Positions 18,768 to 28,656 of a stretch of 64,000 nt of DNA are shown piece after piece. The notes below the pieces were generated by a model. The model had not been told where the DNA came from. It saw nothing but the letters and a program-made list of their open reading frames with translations, and searched no databases. This stretch comes from an uncultured Candidatus Saccharibacteria bacterium. GTDB lineage: Bacteria > Patescibacteriota > Minisyncoccia > Phycocordibacterales > CAIZLB01. The stretch lies in the NCBI GenBank assembly GCA_964467385.1, contig CAYXQC010000002.1, positions 65,625-129,624 of the forward strand, read 5' to 3'. The position numbers were made by a program, and so were the translations under genes. Positions within the stretch are counted from its first letter, which is position 1, and the number at the start of each line of letters is the position of its first letter.

Positions 18768-19742
18768 CTAATTCAAGCTTATGGTTGTCGTTCCTGTTCT
18801 CCAGAAACTACCAGGCTCATTACTGTCGTAGATTATACCATTGTCGATTATGTACTGGTTGATTTGTGTGTATATATCTACTTGGCGAATCACAGCTTCA
18901 CGTACTACTTGTAGCCCGAGGAGTGCTTTCACTGGATCTTTTACTTGTCCACCGATCAAAACAAAGGCGTCAGTCTGTTTTAGGTAGTCATTCGCGAGCT
19001 GTAGGTGCGCTGCCGCAACAGGGCTCGGTACTCGAAGTTGCATTAGACCTTCCCCTATGCGTTTATAGATAGGAATCATTTCGTTTACATCACTTTCGTA
19101 TTTAACAGGATTTGCTCTAAGTGGCGCTGAAGCATCTACGATTACCTTTGCGAATGCATTTCCATAGGCTTTAATCTCGGCTGCGCTTGTTGGTGAAAAT
19201 ATATTCAAGAAAGCCAGGCTGTACTTGTTTTTATTGATATCACTAATATCTAGGTAAGAAAAACTGTTTATAAGGTCATCCTCGTTAAACTCGGTGCCAT
19301 TAATATCGTAATCCAGGTATGTGTTGAAGATATCTTTGCTAAACCGATCACTTACATTGTCTTTAGGGGATGGGTCAAAAGGGTTGGTCGAACTCGCCAA
19401 AACCCCTAAAGTCTGTAGTTTTGCCTGCTGGAGTGCCTCGAGAAGCTTTTGATTTGCTTCTCTTTCCTCTGTGTTTTGTCCAGCAACTGCTTGAATGCCG
19501 GCTATTTCTATGTCGTGAGCTTTTCTAAGTGAGATTTTATTTGTAAGAAGAATTCCGATAACTGCAAGACAAACTGCGCCCACAATAAGAACTCGTTTGT
19601 GGGGAAGAAAGTCTTTACCCTGTGCCTCACTGGTTTGGGTCACTGGCTTTCCTGTAAGCGAAATTTCGTCATACGAGGTTTCTGGTATTCTATTCGAAGA
19701 GGTGCGATTTTTTTGCGAAAAATTTCCAGAAAAGTAAATCAT
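18768..19742 (-). CDS. Bitopic membrane protein (first gene of the T4SS-like operon)
   Basis: 324 aa. A cytoplasmic N-terminus is followed by one TM helix (VLIVGAVCLAVIGILL) and a ~250-aa external domain. Confidence 0.45.
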   Translation of the reverse strand: MIYFSGNFSQKNRTSSNRIPETSYDEISLTGKPVTQTSEAQGKDFLPHKRVLIVGAVCLAVIGILLTNKISLRKAHDIEIAGIQAVAGQNTEEREANQKLLEALQQAKLQTLGVLASSTNPFDPSPKDNVSDRFSKDIFNTYLDYDINGTEFNEDDLINSFSYLDISDINKNKYSLAFLNIFSPTSAAEIKAYGNAFAKVIVDASAPLRANPVKYESDVNEMIPIYKRIGEGLMQLRVPSPVAAAHLQLANDYLKQTDAFVLIGGQVKDPVKALLGLQVVREAVIRQVDIYTQINQYIIDNGIIYDSNEPGSFWRTGTTTISLN

Positions 19743-19784
19743 AATGTGAAAATTATATCACATATAGTGTCGTGTATTGTATCT

Positions 19785-20690
19785 TCATTTGAAGGTGTTG
19801 AGAGTTTTGAAAATAGAAATATACTGCTCCAAAGATAAGTCTTCTGCGCGAACATTTGAATCTAGGTTTTGTTTAATAAAAATTTGTTCCAATCGCATGG
19901 CGTCAATACCCTGAATATTCTTTAAATTTTGTATCAACTTTTTGCGTTTATGTGCAAAGGCATAGTGGAGCATGTCAAAAAAAGCATCCTCATATGCTTG
20001 TTCAATTTTTCTACCATCTATAGTTGCCACTGTTGAATTAAAAATATCAACGGAGATAATTGCCGAATCGACATTTGGCGCAGGAACAAAAGCTCCCCGA
20101 GGAACAATGCTTATGATTTTTGGCACACCATATAATTTAATACTAAGCGACAGTAAATTTTCTTTCATTCTACCTTTCTCATCTTTTGCGACTATACGCT
20201 TTGCTACTTCTTTTTGCACGAGCATAACCACCTTCTTCGGCAGATTTTTTTGAGAAAAAATTGATCTAAAAATCAGACCTGTTATGTAATACGGGATGTT
20301 TGCTATTACTTTATCAAAATTTATAGCAACCTTACTTGATGAATTTTTGAGAATTTCTAAGGCATCAGCGTGAATAAGTTTGAAAATTCCAGCTGTAATG
20401 TCTTGTGCAAATTTTTCACTCAATATCTGAATTAATCTATCATCTTTTTCAATCGCAATAAGTCGAGTATTTTTTCTGGTTCGGACAATATCTAAGAGTC
20501 TCTCGGTAAGTGCACCCATACCAGGTCCAATTTCTAAGATAGTTTCGTTATCACCGATTTCCCCTGATTCTGCCATCTCTCGAAGTGCCTTTTCAGATTT
20601 TAAGAAATTTTGCCCGAGGGATTTTTTTGCAAATTTTGACTCGCGAATCCTCATGTCGCCGTCACGTATATCGTTCAGGTTACTTAGCAT
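19785..20690 (-). CDS. rsmA: 16S rRNA (adenine1518/1519-N6) dimethyltransferase
   Basis: KsgA signature GQNFL plus SAM-binding motif LEIGPGMGALT. Confidence 0.9.
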   Translation of the reverse strand: MLSNLNDIRDGDMRIRESKFAKKSLGQNFLKSEKALREMAESGEIGDNETILEIGPGMGALTERLLDIVRTRKNTRLIAIEKDDRLIQILSEKFAQDITAGIFKLIHADALEILKNSSSKVAINFDKVIANIPYYITGLIFRSIFSQKNLPKKVVMLVQKEVAKRIVAKDEKGRMKENLLSLSIKLYGVPKIISIVPRGAFVPAPNVDSAIISVDIFNSTVATIDGRKIEQAYEDAFFDMLHYAFAHKRKKLIQNLKNIQGIDAMRLEQIFIKQNLDSNVRAEDLSLEQYISIFKTLNTFK

Positions 20691-20718
20691 GTATACGCTG
20701 AAGATACCTTAAAAAAAA

Positions 20719-22773
20719 TCAAAAATCAATAAAAATAGATTTAATACCTGTTACAGGTTCCTCAGTCTCCTTTAAATCCTCATCAATGTCTGCTAAAAAT
20801 TCTGAAGGTAGTGTGATTTGTTTATTGCCGAAAATTGTTCGTACATTTGCCCGAGAGAGAAATAGTTTTTTCTTTGCCCGAGTAAGAGCCACGTAAAAAA
20901 GTCTACGTTCCTCCTCGCTTTCTTCTGGTGAATTGGCTGATTCATTCAACCTGCTGTGAGGAAAAAGGTCTTGTTCGAGACCTGAAATAAAGACATAGTC
21001 AAATTCTAAACCTTTTGATGCGTGAACGGTCATAAGTTTTACCCCGTTTTTTTGTTTACCTTTTGATTGCTCGTCGAGTGTGTCTTGATCGCTTGCGAGT
21101 GCTGCTTCCTCGAGCATTTTTTCGATACCCTCTGGTGCTACAAATGCATCATACTTCAATGCAAGTGTCGCGAGTTCGCGTGCGTTTTCGAGTCGCTCTT
21201 GATCACCTTCTTCTTTGAAAGCATGCTCCATTCCTGACATCGTGAGTACATATTTGATCACTTCAGATGCTTTATCAGTTTTTGTTTTTTGTGCAATAGC
21301 AGACAAAAGCGATCGGAATGATCGTACTTTATCTGCTGCATTTCCTGTAAGTTCGTTTTCATGCCCTTCAAGAACTTTAAGCATGGTTGTCTTCCCTATT
21401 CCGCGAACTGGCGTGTTGATAATTCGTTTGATGTCGACAAGCGAATCTGGATTGAGCGCAGCTCTGATGTATGAAAGAATATCTTTCACCTCTTTTCTCT
21501 CGAAGAATTTTGTACCGAGCAAGGTGTATTCAATATTTCGTCGAAGAAATGCATCTTCAAGAACTCGTGATTGAAAGTTTGCACGAAACAGTACAGCAAT
21601 ATTTTCCGGTTTGATTTTTTTTGTTTGAATAAGATCACGTGTCTCATTGGCAATAAAATTTGCCTCATCAACCTCATCGTATGCTGTATACACTTTTATT
21701 TTCTCTCCATCTTCATTTTTAGTGAATAGATTTTTCTTTTTTCTGTAAATATTTTTTTCAATTACTCGATTTGCGGCAGTCAAAATAGTTTGTGTTGAGC
21801 GATAATTTTCTTCAAGAAGTACAATTTTTGCCTCCGGATAATCCTGCTCAAAATTTAAAATATTCTTAATGTTGGCGCCTCTCCAGCCATATATCGACTG
21901 GTCCCCATCTCCTACCACGGCAATATTTTTGTGTTTCTCGGCCAAAAACTGCACCATACGATATTGCACTTGGTTTGTGTCTTGATATTCATCTACGTGA
22001 ATATAAAGCCAACGGTTCTGATACATTTCTCGTACATCTTTATGCTTAGCGAGAAGTTCAGTAGCTTTAAAAAGCAAATCATCGAAATCGAGCGCTTTTT
22101 CTTTTTCTAAACGCGCATCGTATTTTCTCCATACTTCGGCTGCAATACTCCCGATAAATTCATCTTGGTTTTTTGCCTCAAATTCTTGTTGCGATACGAA
22201 ATTTCCCTTTTCTCTTGAAATAATGCCAAGAATTTTGTTAGGTTCGATTTGTTTAGGATCATGACCAAGTTCAACGAGTGCATCTTTTACTACTTGCTTT
22301 GAATCTCCTCGATCATAAATAGCAAAATGCCGATGAATACCTAAAACATGACCAGATTCTTTCAGGATATTTACTGAAAGTGAGTGGAAAGTTGAAACAA
22401 ATGGTCGCTCCCCGTCTTGAACTGGGAAATTGAACGCAGGGTCGCTATCTATAAGATGCATTACTCGTTCCCGCATTTCTTTAGCTGCCTTGTTGGTGAA
22501 TGTAATGGCGAGGATGTTTTTCGGAGGTACACCTTGTTTTATGAGGTGCAGGATTCTGTGGGTTACGGTCTTGGTCTTACCTGCTCCGGCGCCGGCAAGG
22601 ATAAGAAGAGGTCCCTCAGTCGAGAGTACTGCTTCTCGTTGTTTCGGATTAAGAGAATTTAGATGGGAGTTTGAATCAGTTTGGTTGCTTTGGTCGGTGA
22701 TGTGGTCAGAAAATTCCATAAAAAGAGTATGCAAACTATAGCACATGACCTCAACAGTTGTGGATTGAGTCAT
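20719..22773 (-). CDS. pcrA: ATP-dependent DNA helicase UvrD/PcrA family
   Basis: LNPKQREAV...GAGAGKT (motifs I/Ia), DEYQDTN, and a UvrD-like C-terminus. Confidence 0.9.
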   Translation of the reverse strand: MTQSTTVEVMCYSLHTLFMEFSDHITDQSNQTDSNSHLNSLNPKQREAVLSTEGPLLILAGAGAGKTKTVTHRILHLIKQGVPPKNILAITFTNKAAKEMRERVMHLIDSDPAFNFPVQDGERPFVSTFHSLSVNILKESGHVLGIHRHFAIYDRGDSKQVVKDALVELGHDPKQIEPNKILGIISREKGNFVSQQEFEAKNQDEFIGSIAAEVWRKYDARLEKEKALDFDDLLFKATELLAKHKDVREMYQNRWLYIHVDEYQDTNQVQYRMVQFLAEKHKNIAVVGDGDQSIYGWRGANIKNILNFEQDYPEAKIVLLEENYRSTQTILTAANRVIEKNIYRKKKNLFTKNEDGEKIKVYTAYDEVDEANFIANETRDLIQTKKIKPENIAVLFRANFQSRVLEDAFLRRNIEYTLLGTKFFERKEVKDILSYIRAALNPDSLVDIKRIINTPVRGIGKTTMLKVLEGHENELTGNAADKVRSFRSLLSAIAQKTKTDKASEVIKYVLTMSGMEHAFKEEGDQERLENARELATLALKYDAFVAPEGIEKMLEEAALASDQDTLDEQSKGKQKNGVKLMTVHASKGLEFDYVFISGLEQDLFPHSRLNESANSPEESEEERRLFYVALTRAKKKLFLSRANVRTIFGNKQITLPSEFLADIDEDLKETEEPVTGIKSIFIDF

Positions 22774-23019
22774 TTATCGCTTAAGAGGATGAAATTTCTA
22801 TAAAGATTTTCTAAATTTAGCTAGAAATATGTACTATTTTACATTTTTTGGCACTCATTGTGTGTTTTTTGGACCTATTGACCCTTCGCCGAGGGTCTTT
22901 TACAATTATCTATTATTGCTAAAAAAGTCCATATTCCGCGTCTTTCGACGCTCGCAGTAGGTACTCTCCTCACCTGTGCGCTCATTAAAGCCTTTATTCC
23001 ATCGGTTTCTTCAGCGGAT

Positions 23020-24033
23020 GTGGCTACTTTGCTGTCTAATGTTTTTAAAAACCCTTCGATACAAAAAGAGCCAGAAATGGGCCAGGTGCCGGTGAAAAAT
23101 CTCCAAACAATCCCAGTTTTGGCTGCACCTCTTCGAGCACAGGATGCTAGTTCTACGATTGCTACTCTTAAAAGTGAAAAGGCTCGAATATCTATGGTTG
23201 ATGGTAAGGCTTTTACTAACGAAAATAGCGCCGTTACGGATGGTGATTTTAATTCTTTTGCTAATTCATATATTAAGCCTGCGTCTGATCGAATCAGCTT
23301 GTACACCGTAAGACCTGGTGACACGTTGGCACAGATTGCAGAAATGTACGGCGTAACTCAAAATACGATCCTTTGGGCAAACGATCTTAAGAAAGGTACA
23401 GCACTTCAGCCAGATCAAGTGCTCGTTATCCTTCCTATCTCAGGCTACAAATATATTGTGAAAAAAGGTGACACAATTGCAAGCGTTGCTAGGGTGTATA
23501 AAACAACGCTAGATGAAATTGCTTTGTTTAATGCGCTTGAAGAGGGCGATAAGCTCGCTGTTGGTACAGAAATTATTATTCCTGATGCTGATGGCTCTCT
23601 TGCTGAAGCGGACAAGAAAGTGAATGCAAAGACTGGTACGAAGGGGTCAGATAAGGGTTCATCGGGTAAAAAATCAGGTATAGACTCTTCTGGATATTTT
23701 GCTCGGCCGATAAAAGGTGGAACAAAAACACAGGGTATTCATGGTCATAATGGTATTGATCTTGCTTCTTATTACGGTGCACCAATTCTTGCCGCTGCAG
23801 ATGGTCAAGTTATTGTGAGCAAGGTTGGTGGTTGGGGTGGAGGTTACGGAAACTATGTTGTAATTCAGCACGGAAACGGTATGCAGACTTTGTATGCGCA
23901 CATGAGCGAGGTGATGGTTTCGGTTGGTCAGCGAGTTGAGAAGGGTCAACAGGTTGGAAAAATGGGAAGCACTGGACGATCAACTGGAACGCATCTCCAC
24001 TTCGAAGTTCGAGGTGGAAAGAATCCGTTCTAA
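23020..24033 (+). CDS. LysM domain-containing M23 family metallopeptidase. The true start is probably upstream of the first canonical start codon
   Basis: LysM (YTVRPGDTLAQIAEMYG, IVKKGDTIASVARVY) and M23 motifs (HNGIDL, HLHFEV). The in-frame upstream sequence encodes a signal-peptide-like segment. Confidence 0.85.
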   Translation: MATLLSNVFKNPSIQKEPEMGQVPVKNLQTIPVLAAPLRAQDASSTIATLKSEKARISMVDGKAFTNENSAVTDGDFNSFANSYIKPASDRISLYTVRPGDTLAQIAEMYGVTQNTILWANDLKKGTALQPDQVLVILPISGYKYIVKKGDTIASVARVYKTTLDEIALFNALEEGDKLAVGTEIIIPDADGSLAEADKKVNAKTGTKGSDKGSSGKKSGIDSSGYFARPIKGGTKTQGIHGHNGIDLASYYGAPILAAADGQVIVSKVGGWGGGYGNYVVIQHGNGMQTLYAHMSEVMVSVGQRVEKGQQVGKMGSTGRSTGTHLHFEVRGGKNPF

Positions 24034-25688
24034 GTGATTTTTTGTTTATAAGAAAGGGCTTCAAGTATATGGTCTGGTGAAATTTCTATTTCATCACAGT
24101 TTTGTAAACAAAATTCTATCTTTGAAATCGTGTCTGCAATTTTCAGTAGAGACGAGAACCATCTTTTTGAATTGCTCAAATAGTTTAGTTTTATTTCTGT
24201 ATAAATCCTAAGTGACTCATTGGATAAATGTTTTTCTATATGTTCTATGTGTTCGATTTTTTGTTTTAGATTTTGACTTGATTTGGTATTTGCTTCTGAA
24301 AGCAGTTGAACCTGCTTGATGATTTCTCTGATACTCTTTCCGGATAAATATGATTCGGAAAATGATGTATGCAGAGTTGTGTTTGTGACCGATACGAAAA
24401 TATCTATTCTTTCAAACAAAGGACTGCGAATTTTTCGTTCATATCTTTCTATCTGTGCTCGAGCGCAGACACAACGTCTTTGTTTTGAGCCATAATATCC
24501 GCACCCGCAAGGATTCATTGTTCCTATCAGAATATATTCTGAATTTCGTAACTGGCCCTTAGTATCTTGATAAAAACCATACTCGATTGATTGACGGAGA
24601 CTTTCGATGACTCGTCGGTTGTATTCGATCATTTCATCAAGAAATAAAACGCCTTTGTGTGCCTTTGCAATCTCGCCTACTCTTTTTTGATCGCCCAATA
24701 TTTCCCTGATAGTCGCACTATGGTGAGGCTGTCTAAAATTATTTTTATATGAGACATGTGTTTTGTTTTTATCGTTAGATAATTCGCTAGAACTTTTGAT
24801 TGCAGAATCATAGAGTTGTCCTTTATATCTAAGATCATCTGCCGATTTTGCTAAAAGACTTTTTCCTGTACCTGGGTGTCCGGAAAATACAATATGGTGA
24901 TTTCCGGCGAGCGCGACAAGTAATGCTCTTTTGGCTGATTCATTTCCTTGGATGGAATCAATAAGAAATTTTGAATTTGGAATATTCTCCTCGTGTTCTA
25001 TGTCTGCTTTTTTGCTCTCGGTGGTTTCATCATGGTTACCTACGAGATTTTGCTCAAGTTTAGTTGATATTGAGTTAAGGACATTTGAACTTTTTGCTGC
25101 TTTGTAAAATTCACCTAAATTTTCTATTGGCCAAAATAAAAGATTAGACAACCGAGTTTGAATCTTTTCTGAATGTTCGGGCTGAAATTGCGTAATGTCT
25201 AATATTTTTAATTTTTCAAAACTTGTGCGCGGTAAAACAACTCGATTAAAATCGATATTGGATGTGATTGCTGAAATAAGACATGGGGTGATTTGCTCAG
25301 TGTCTCTTATAGATCCTGTCAAACTTAATTCACCAAGAAAAATGGTTTTATCCAGTGCCTCATGCTCATTACTTGATGTGCTAAGCTCATATTTCTTTGA
25401 TGTGCAGATATATGAAATGGCGATAGGTAAATCGAGATGCGCACCCTCCTTTCTTATATCTGATGGGCTAAGTAATGTAACTATTTTCTTGTCGGTATAT
25501 CGAACTGCCTCTGGGTCGCAATGTTGAATAGCTGAAAGTACTCTCTGCCTTGATTCCGATATGCTCTTGTTTGCTAGACCGATAATATCGAAGTGAAATA
25601 ATCCCCTTTTGACACTTGTCTCGATGGAAATTAAATAAGAAGAAGCACCACTCATGCCAAGTGCATGAATTTTTTGTAATTTTTTCAA
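24030..25688 (-). CDS. comM: Mg-chelatase-like AAA+ ATPase ComM/YifB
   Basis: YifB N-terminal Lon-like domain, Walker A GHPGTGKS, Walker B VLFLDEM. Confidence 0.85.
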   Translation of the reverse strand: MKKLQKIHALGMSGASSYLISIETSVKRGLFHFDIIGLANKSISESRQRVLSAIQHCDPEAVRYTDKKIVTLLSPSDIRKEGAHLDLPIAISYICTSKKYELSTSSNEHEALDKTIFLGELSLTGSIRDTEQITPCLISAITSNIDFNRVVLPRTSFEKLKILDITQFQPEHSEKIQTRLSNLLFWPIENLGEFYKAAKSSNVLNSISTKLEQNLVGNHDETTESKKADIEHEENIPNSKFLIDSIQGNESAKRALLVALAGNHHIVFSGHPGTGKSLLAKSADDLRYKGQLYDSAIKSSSELSNDKNKTHVSYKNNFRQPHHSATIREILGDQKRVGEIAKAHKGVLFLDEMIEYNRRVIESLRQSIEYGFYQDTKGQLRNSEYILIGTMNPCGCGYYGSKQRRCVCARAQIERYERKIRSPLFERIDIFVSVTNTTLHTSFSESYLSGKSIREIIKQVQLLSEANTKSSQNLKQKIEHIEHIEKHLSNESLRIYTEIKLNYLSNSKRWFSSLLKIADTISKIEFCLQNCDEIEISPDHILEALSYKQKIT

Positions 25689-25706
25689 ATATAATCCTAA
25701 TTACTC

Positions 25707-26060
25707 TTAGAGATGTGCTTTGCAGGTTCGAGCTGACGGATTGGCTTCGAGTCTATCTAGTTCGATTGGTTCATTCGAGATCTCGCAGAGGCCATATGTA
25801 CCGTTCTGGATCTTTGAGAGTGCGTGCTCTACCTCATGAAGAGATGTTTCAAGAGAGTGAATAGAGGTCTCGGAGTCTTCTAGGTTTTCTATGGCGCTTG
25901 CTACATCTTCCCTGTCGGCTGTATCCTCAGATTCTCTCTGTACAGCTGTCCAGGTTGTCCCGTTTGCATCATCTTTTTGTCCAAGTGAAGAAAGCTGTGC
26001 CAAAAGCATTTCCTTCTCTTTTTCTAATAATTGTTTGAAGTGGGTTATATCTAAATTCAT
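25707..26060 (-). CDS. DksA/TraR-family zinc-finger regulator
   Basis: 117 aa coiled-coil with C-terminal GLCEIS...ARTCKAH, a Cys-containing DksA/TraR-like finger. Confidence 0.55.
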   Translation of the reverse strand: MNLDITHFKQLLEKEKEMLLAQLSSLGQKDDANGTTWTAVQRESEDTADREDVASAIENLEDSETSIHSLETSLHEVEHALSKIQNGTYGLCEISNEPIELDRLEANPSARTCKAHL

Positions 26061-26139
26061 GTAAATATTGTATCAAATGGTACATGAAGAACCAATCAAT
26101 AAAAGATAAATTTATTTTATATAGGAGGTCCTTACCTCT

Positions 26140-27378
26140 TTATCTAGAAATCCTACCAGTTGTAAGCCGGAAAATGATCTCCTTCAGAACTTTATCAGAA
26201 GTGGCAATAATGAGTGTTCTTTTGTCGAGGAATGTGTAGAGCATTTTTGCTTCCCCATCTGAACTCAAAAGTACTCGAGCGTCCTTGTTTTCAACAACTT
26301 TGTCTATGAATTTATCTGAATTAATAAAGCTAACAGTTTCTCGCTTTGGTTCATCTGGTATAGCTACGGGTGTTTCTTCTGTTGATGTACTAGTGTCGCT
26401 GTTATTTGTACCAAGCAATGCTTCTAATGGATCAAAATCTTCTGAACCGGTAACTTTTTGGTTGCTACTTGTACCTACAACTGTACCATTTGCATTTACT
26501 ACTGTCTTTTTATTTATAAAAAGTTCACCAACATCACTTGGAATATTAGTCTCCCATTCGAGCATGCCAGCAAAAGCTGGATCGTATGAGTTAACTTTAA
26601 AAAGTGCAAACACGTCTCGTGGGTTGTTGTATGAATACACGCCAAGGAGGAAATTTGACTCGAGTGCTCGCACAAGAAGCTCAGGAGTTCGAGCGTTTAT
26701 AACATTAAAAAAATCGCTTGTGGTTAGTGATACGGTTGTTGTACCAGCTGTGATTGTAGGAACAATGGCTTTTATTGTTCCAAAGTCCATGATGCCATTT
26801 TTTTCTACAAGAATTTCTCTGAAGATTTCATAAGGATCTTTATCTGTTGTATCGATAGTGGATTCACTTTCGGTATAAAGGAGTGCTGGTACTTTTGCCT
26901 TGGCAATCTCAGCTGCTTGCTCATCATTTGCTTTATTTTTCACATATAAATACACACTTAAAAGACCGAGTACTACAAAAACCCCTACTATACCTGCTGC
27001 AATATAATATCGACTCACCCTATTTTCCTGTTCGAGAACGGTGTCGAAGCCTGCCTTCCCCTCATTTCGCTTTTTTTCTGCGAGTGCAATCTTAATCATC
27101 GACACATTGTCGTTTTTGATTGCATTTGCGATATCACTTTGATAGGTATGAATGTTTTGTGGCGCATTCTCTCCTCTGCTTTTTTCTGCTTGAAGCGCCT
27201 CAGCCAAATTTATAGTCCGTTTTCTTTCGAAATCAGCTGGTTGCCCTGATGCACCTACTGAGTTGGTGATATTCGCAGTATTAGCTGCATCAGCGTTGTA
27301 TTGATCAGCGTTTGGAAATGAAAAATTTCTATTCAAACCGTTTGTGCTACCTGAGGAATTAGTAGAAGATGGATCCAT
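26140..27378 (-). CDS. Hypothetical single-pass membrane protein
   Basis: 412 aa. An Asn/Ala-rich N-terminus and one TM helix (YIAAGIVGVFVVLGLLSVYLYV) precede an extracytoplasmic domain. Confidence 0.4.
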   Translation of the reverse strand: MDPSSTNSSGSTNGLNRNFSFPNADQYNADAANTANITNSVGASGQPADFERKRTINLAEALQAEKSRGENAPQNIHTYQSDIANAIKNDNVSMIKIALAEKKRNEGKAGFDTVLEQENRVSRYYIAAGIVGVFVVLGLLSVYLYVKNKANDEQAAEIAKAKVPALLYTESESTIDTTDKDPYEIFREILVEKNGIMDFGTIKAIVPTITAGTTTVSLTTSDFFNVINARTPELLVRALESNFLLGVYSYNNPRDVFALFKVNSYDPAFAGMLEWETNIPSDVGELFINKKTVVNANGTVVGTSSNQKVTGSEDFDPLEALLGTNNSDTSTSTEETPVAIPDEPKRETVSFINSDKFIDKVVENKDARVLLSSDGEAKMLYTFLDKRTLIIATSDKVLKEIIFRLTTGRISR

Positions 27379-27431
27379 ATTTGTATTATATACAAAAACC
27401 GCACGTTTGTGTGCGGAATCTGTCTTTTATT

Positions 27432-28100
27432 TTATTGTAAATCCTGAGGATCCACATCGTCGTAGCCACCATGATTCATGTTTAAGTCTGGTCGCATTGG
27501 TCGCTCATTTGTATCTTGTGTCAATTGCTGTTCAGAATTTTTTGTATTTGCTCCCCTTCTGTATCCACCTCTCCTTGAGGGTCCCATCGTGCTTCCTCCG
27601 ATAATGTACTTTCGTGGATTTTCACACATGTCGATAAAGTCGTCCGCGATTTCACGAAGTCGGCCCGATGAAGATTTTCCGAAAGAAATCACTTCAACCT
27701 GGCAGCCCTCGTTTGTCTGAAGGTATTCAACAAGTGGTACAAAATCTCCATCACCTGAGGCAAGGATTATGGTATCGAGTTTTGGTGCCATTTTAATAGC
27801 ATCAACTGCAAGACCAACATCCCAATCAGCTTTTTTGGCACCACTATTAAAGACCTGAATGTTTTTAGTCTTTGCTTCGATACCAAGTTTCTCGAGTGCT
27901 TCAAAGAATGTTCGTTCTTCCCCACTCTCTGTACTGATTACATAGGCAACTGCACGGATTAAGGCTCGTCCAGCTACTGTTTCTTTCATAATTGCACCGA
28001 AATTTACTCGACCGTTGTATAGATTTTTTGCACTGTGATACAGGTTTTGGGTATCTATAAAAATCCCAATCCGCTGTTCTTTATGTTTAATTACTGTCAT
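27432..28100 (-). CDS. NYN-domain (LabA/YacP-like) protein with an Arg/Gly-rich tail
   Basis: IGIFIDTQNLYHSAK...DGDFVPLV matches the NYN/PIN-like fold motifs. The C-terminal 60 aa are RGG-rich. Confidence 0.7.
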   Translation of the reverse strand: MTVIKHKEQRIGIFIDTQNLYHSAKNLYNGRVNFGAIMKETVAGRALIRAVAYVISTESGEERTFFEALEKLGIEAKTKNIQVFNSGAKKADWDVGLAVDAIKMAPKLDTIILASGDGDFVPLVEYLQTNEGCQVEVISFGKSSSGRLREIADDFIDMCENPRKYIIGGSTMGPSRRGGYRRGANTKNSEQQLTQDTNERPMRPDLNMNHGGYDDVDPQDLQ

Positions 28101-28337
28101 TTTCTTATTAAATTAGTTGAAATTATTAAAATTGACTCATTTTGCGTTACAGCAAAAAACACACTTACAAAGTACTGACAAATATTTCAAAATATGGCAC
28201 CGCTCCAAAAGCGATATGCACTTATATAGTATATCAGATAAAGGTATGGAAAAAATTAAAAAGCAATGAATCTGGCCAAGTTTAAATCAATAAAACCAAA
28301 AAAATACTGACCGAGAATCGAGATAATGCAGAGGTAA

Positions 28338-28610
28338 TTATGCCTTTTTCTTAAGTTCGAGCTTCTTCAAAACAGAGTCATATGTCTTAGGGTCCTTCTT
28401 CTGAAGGTATTTCATGTGCTTCTGTCGATCTGCTACAAGCTGGAGGAGCCCTCTTCGTGAGTGCTGATCCTTGGCGTGTTTTTTGAGATGTTTAGCAAGT
28501 TCATCAATTCGCTTACTCAAAAGGCCTATCTGCACTGCTGCTGAACCTGTATCTTCCTTGTGGATTGCGAGGTCTTTGATGACCTTCTGCTTCTTTGTCT
28601 TTGTAAGCAT
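28338..28610 (-). CDS. rpsO: 30S ribosomal protein S15
   Basis: 90 aa with the S15 signature (HKEDTGSAAVQIGLLSKRIDELAKHLKKHAKDQHSRRGL). Confidence 0.9.
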   Translation of the reverse strand: MLTKTKKQKVIKDLAIHKEDTGSAAVQIGLLSKRIDELAKHLKKHAKDQHSRRGLLQLVADRQKHMKYLQKKDPKTYDSVLKKLELKKKA

Positions 28611-28656
28611 GATGGCAAGATACTAGCATACAACTGTAAATAAGGCAATTGTCTTA

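Noticed and set aside
22875-23324. 149-aa minus-strand ORF overlapping the 5' end of the LysM-M23 peptidase gene and the uvrD-peptidase spacer
   Set aside because: It is antisense to a well-supported gene and to a signal-peptide-coding stretch. No motif is present, and it is probably a spurious long ORF.
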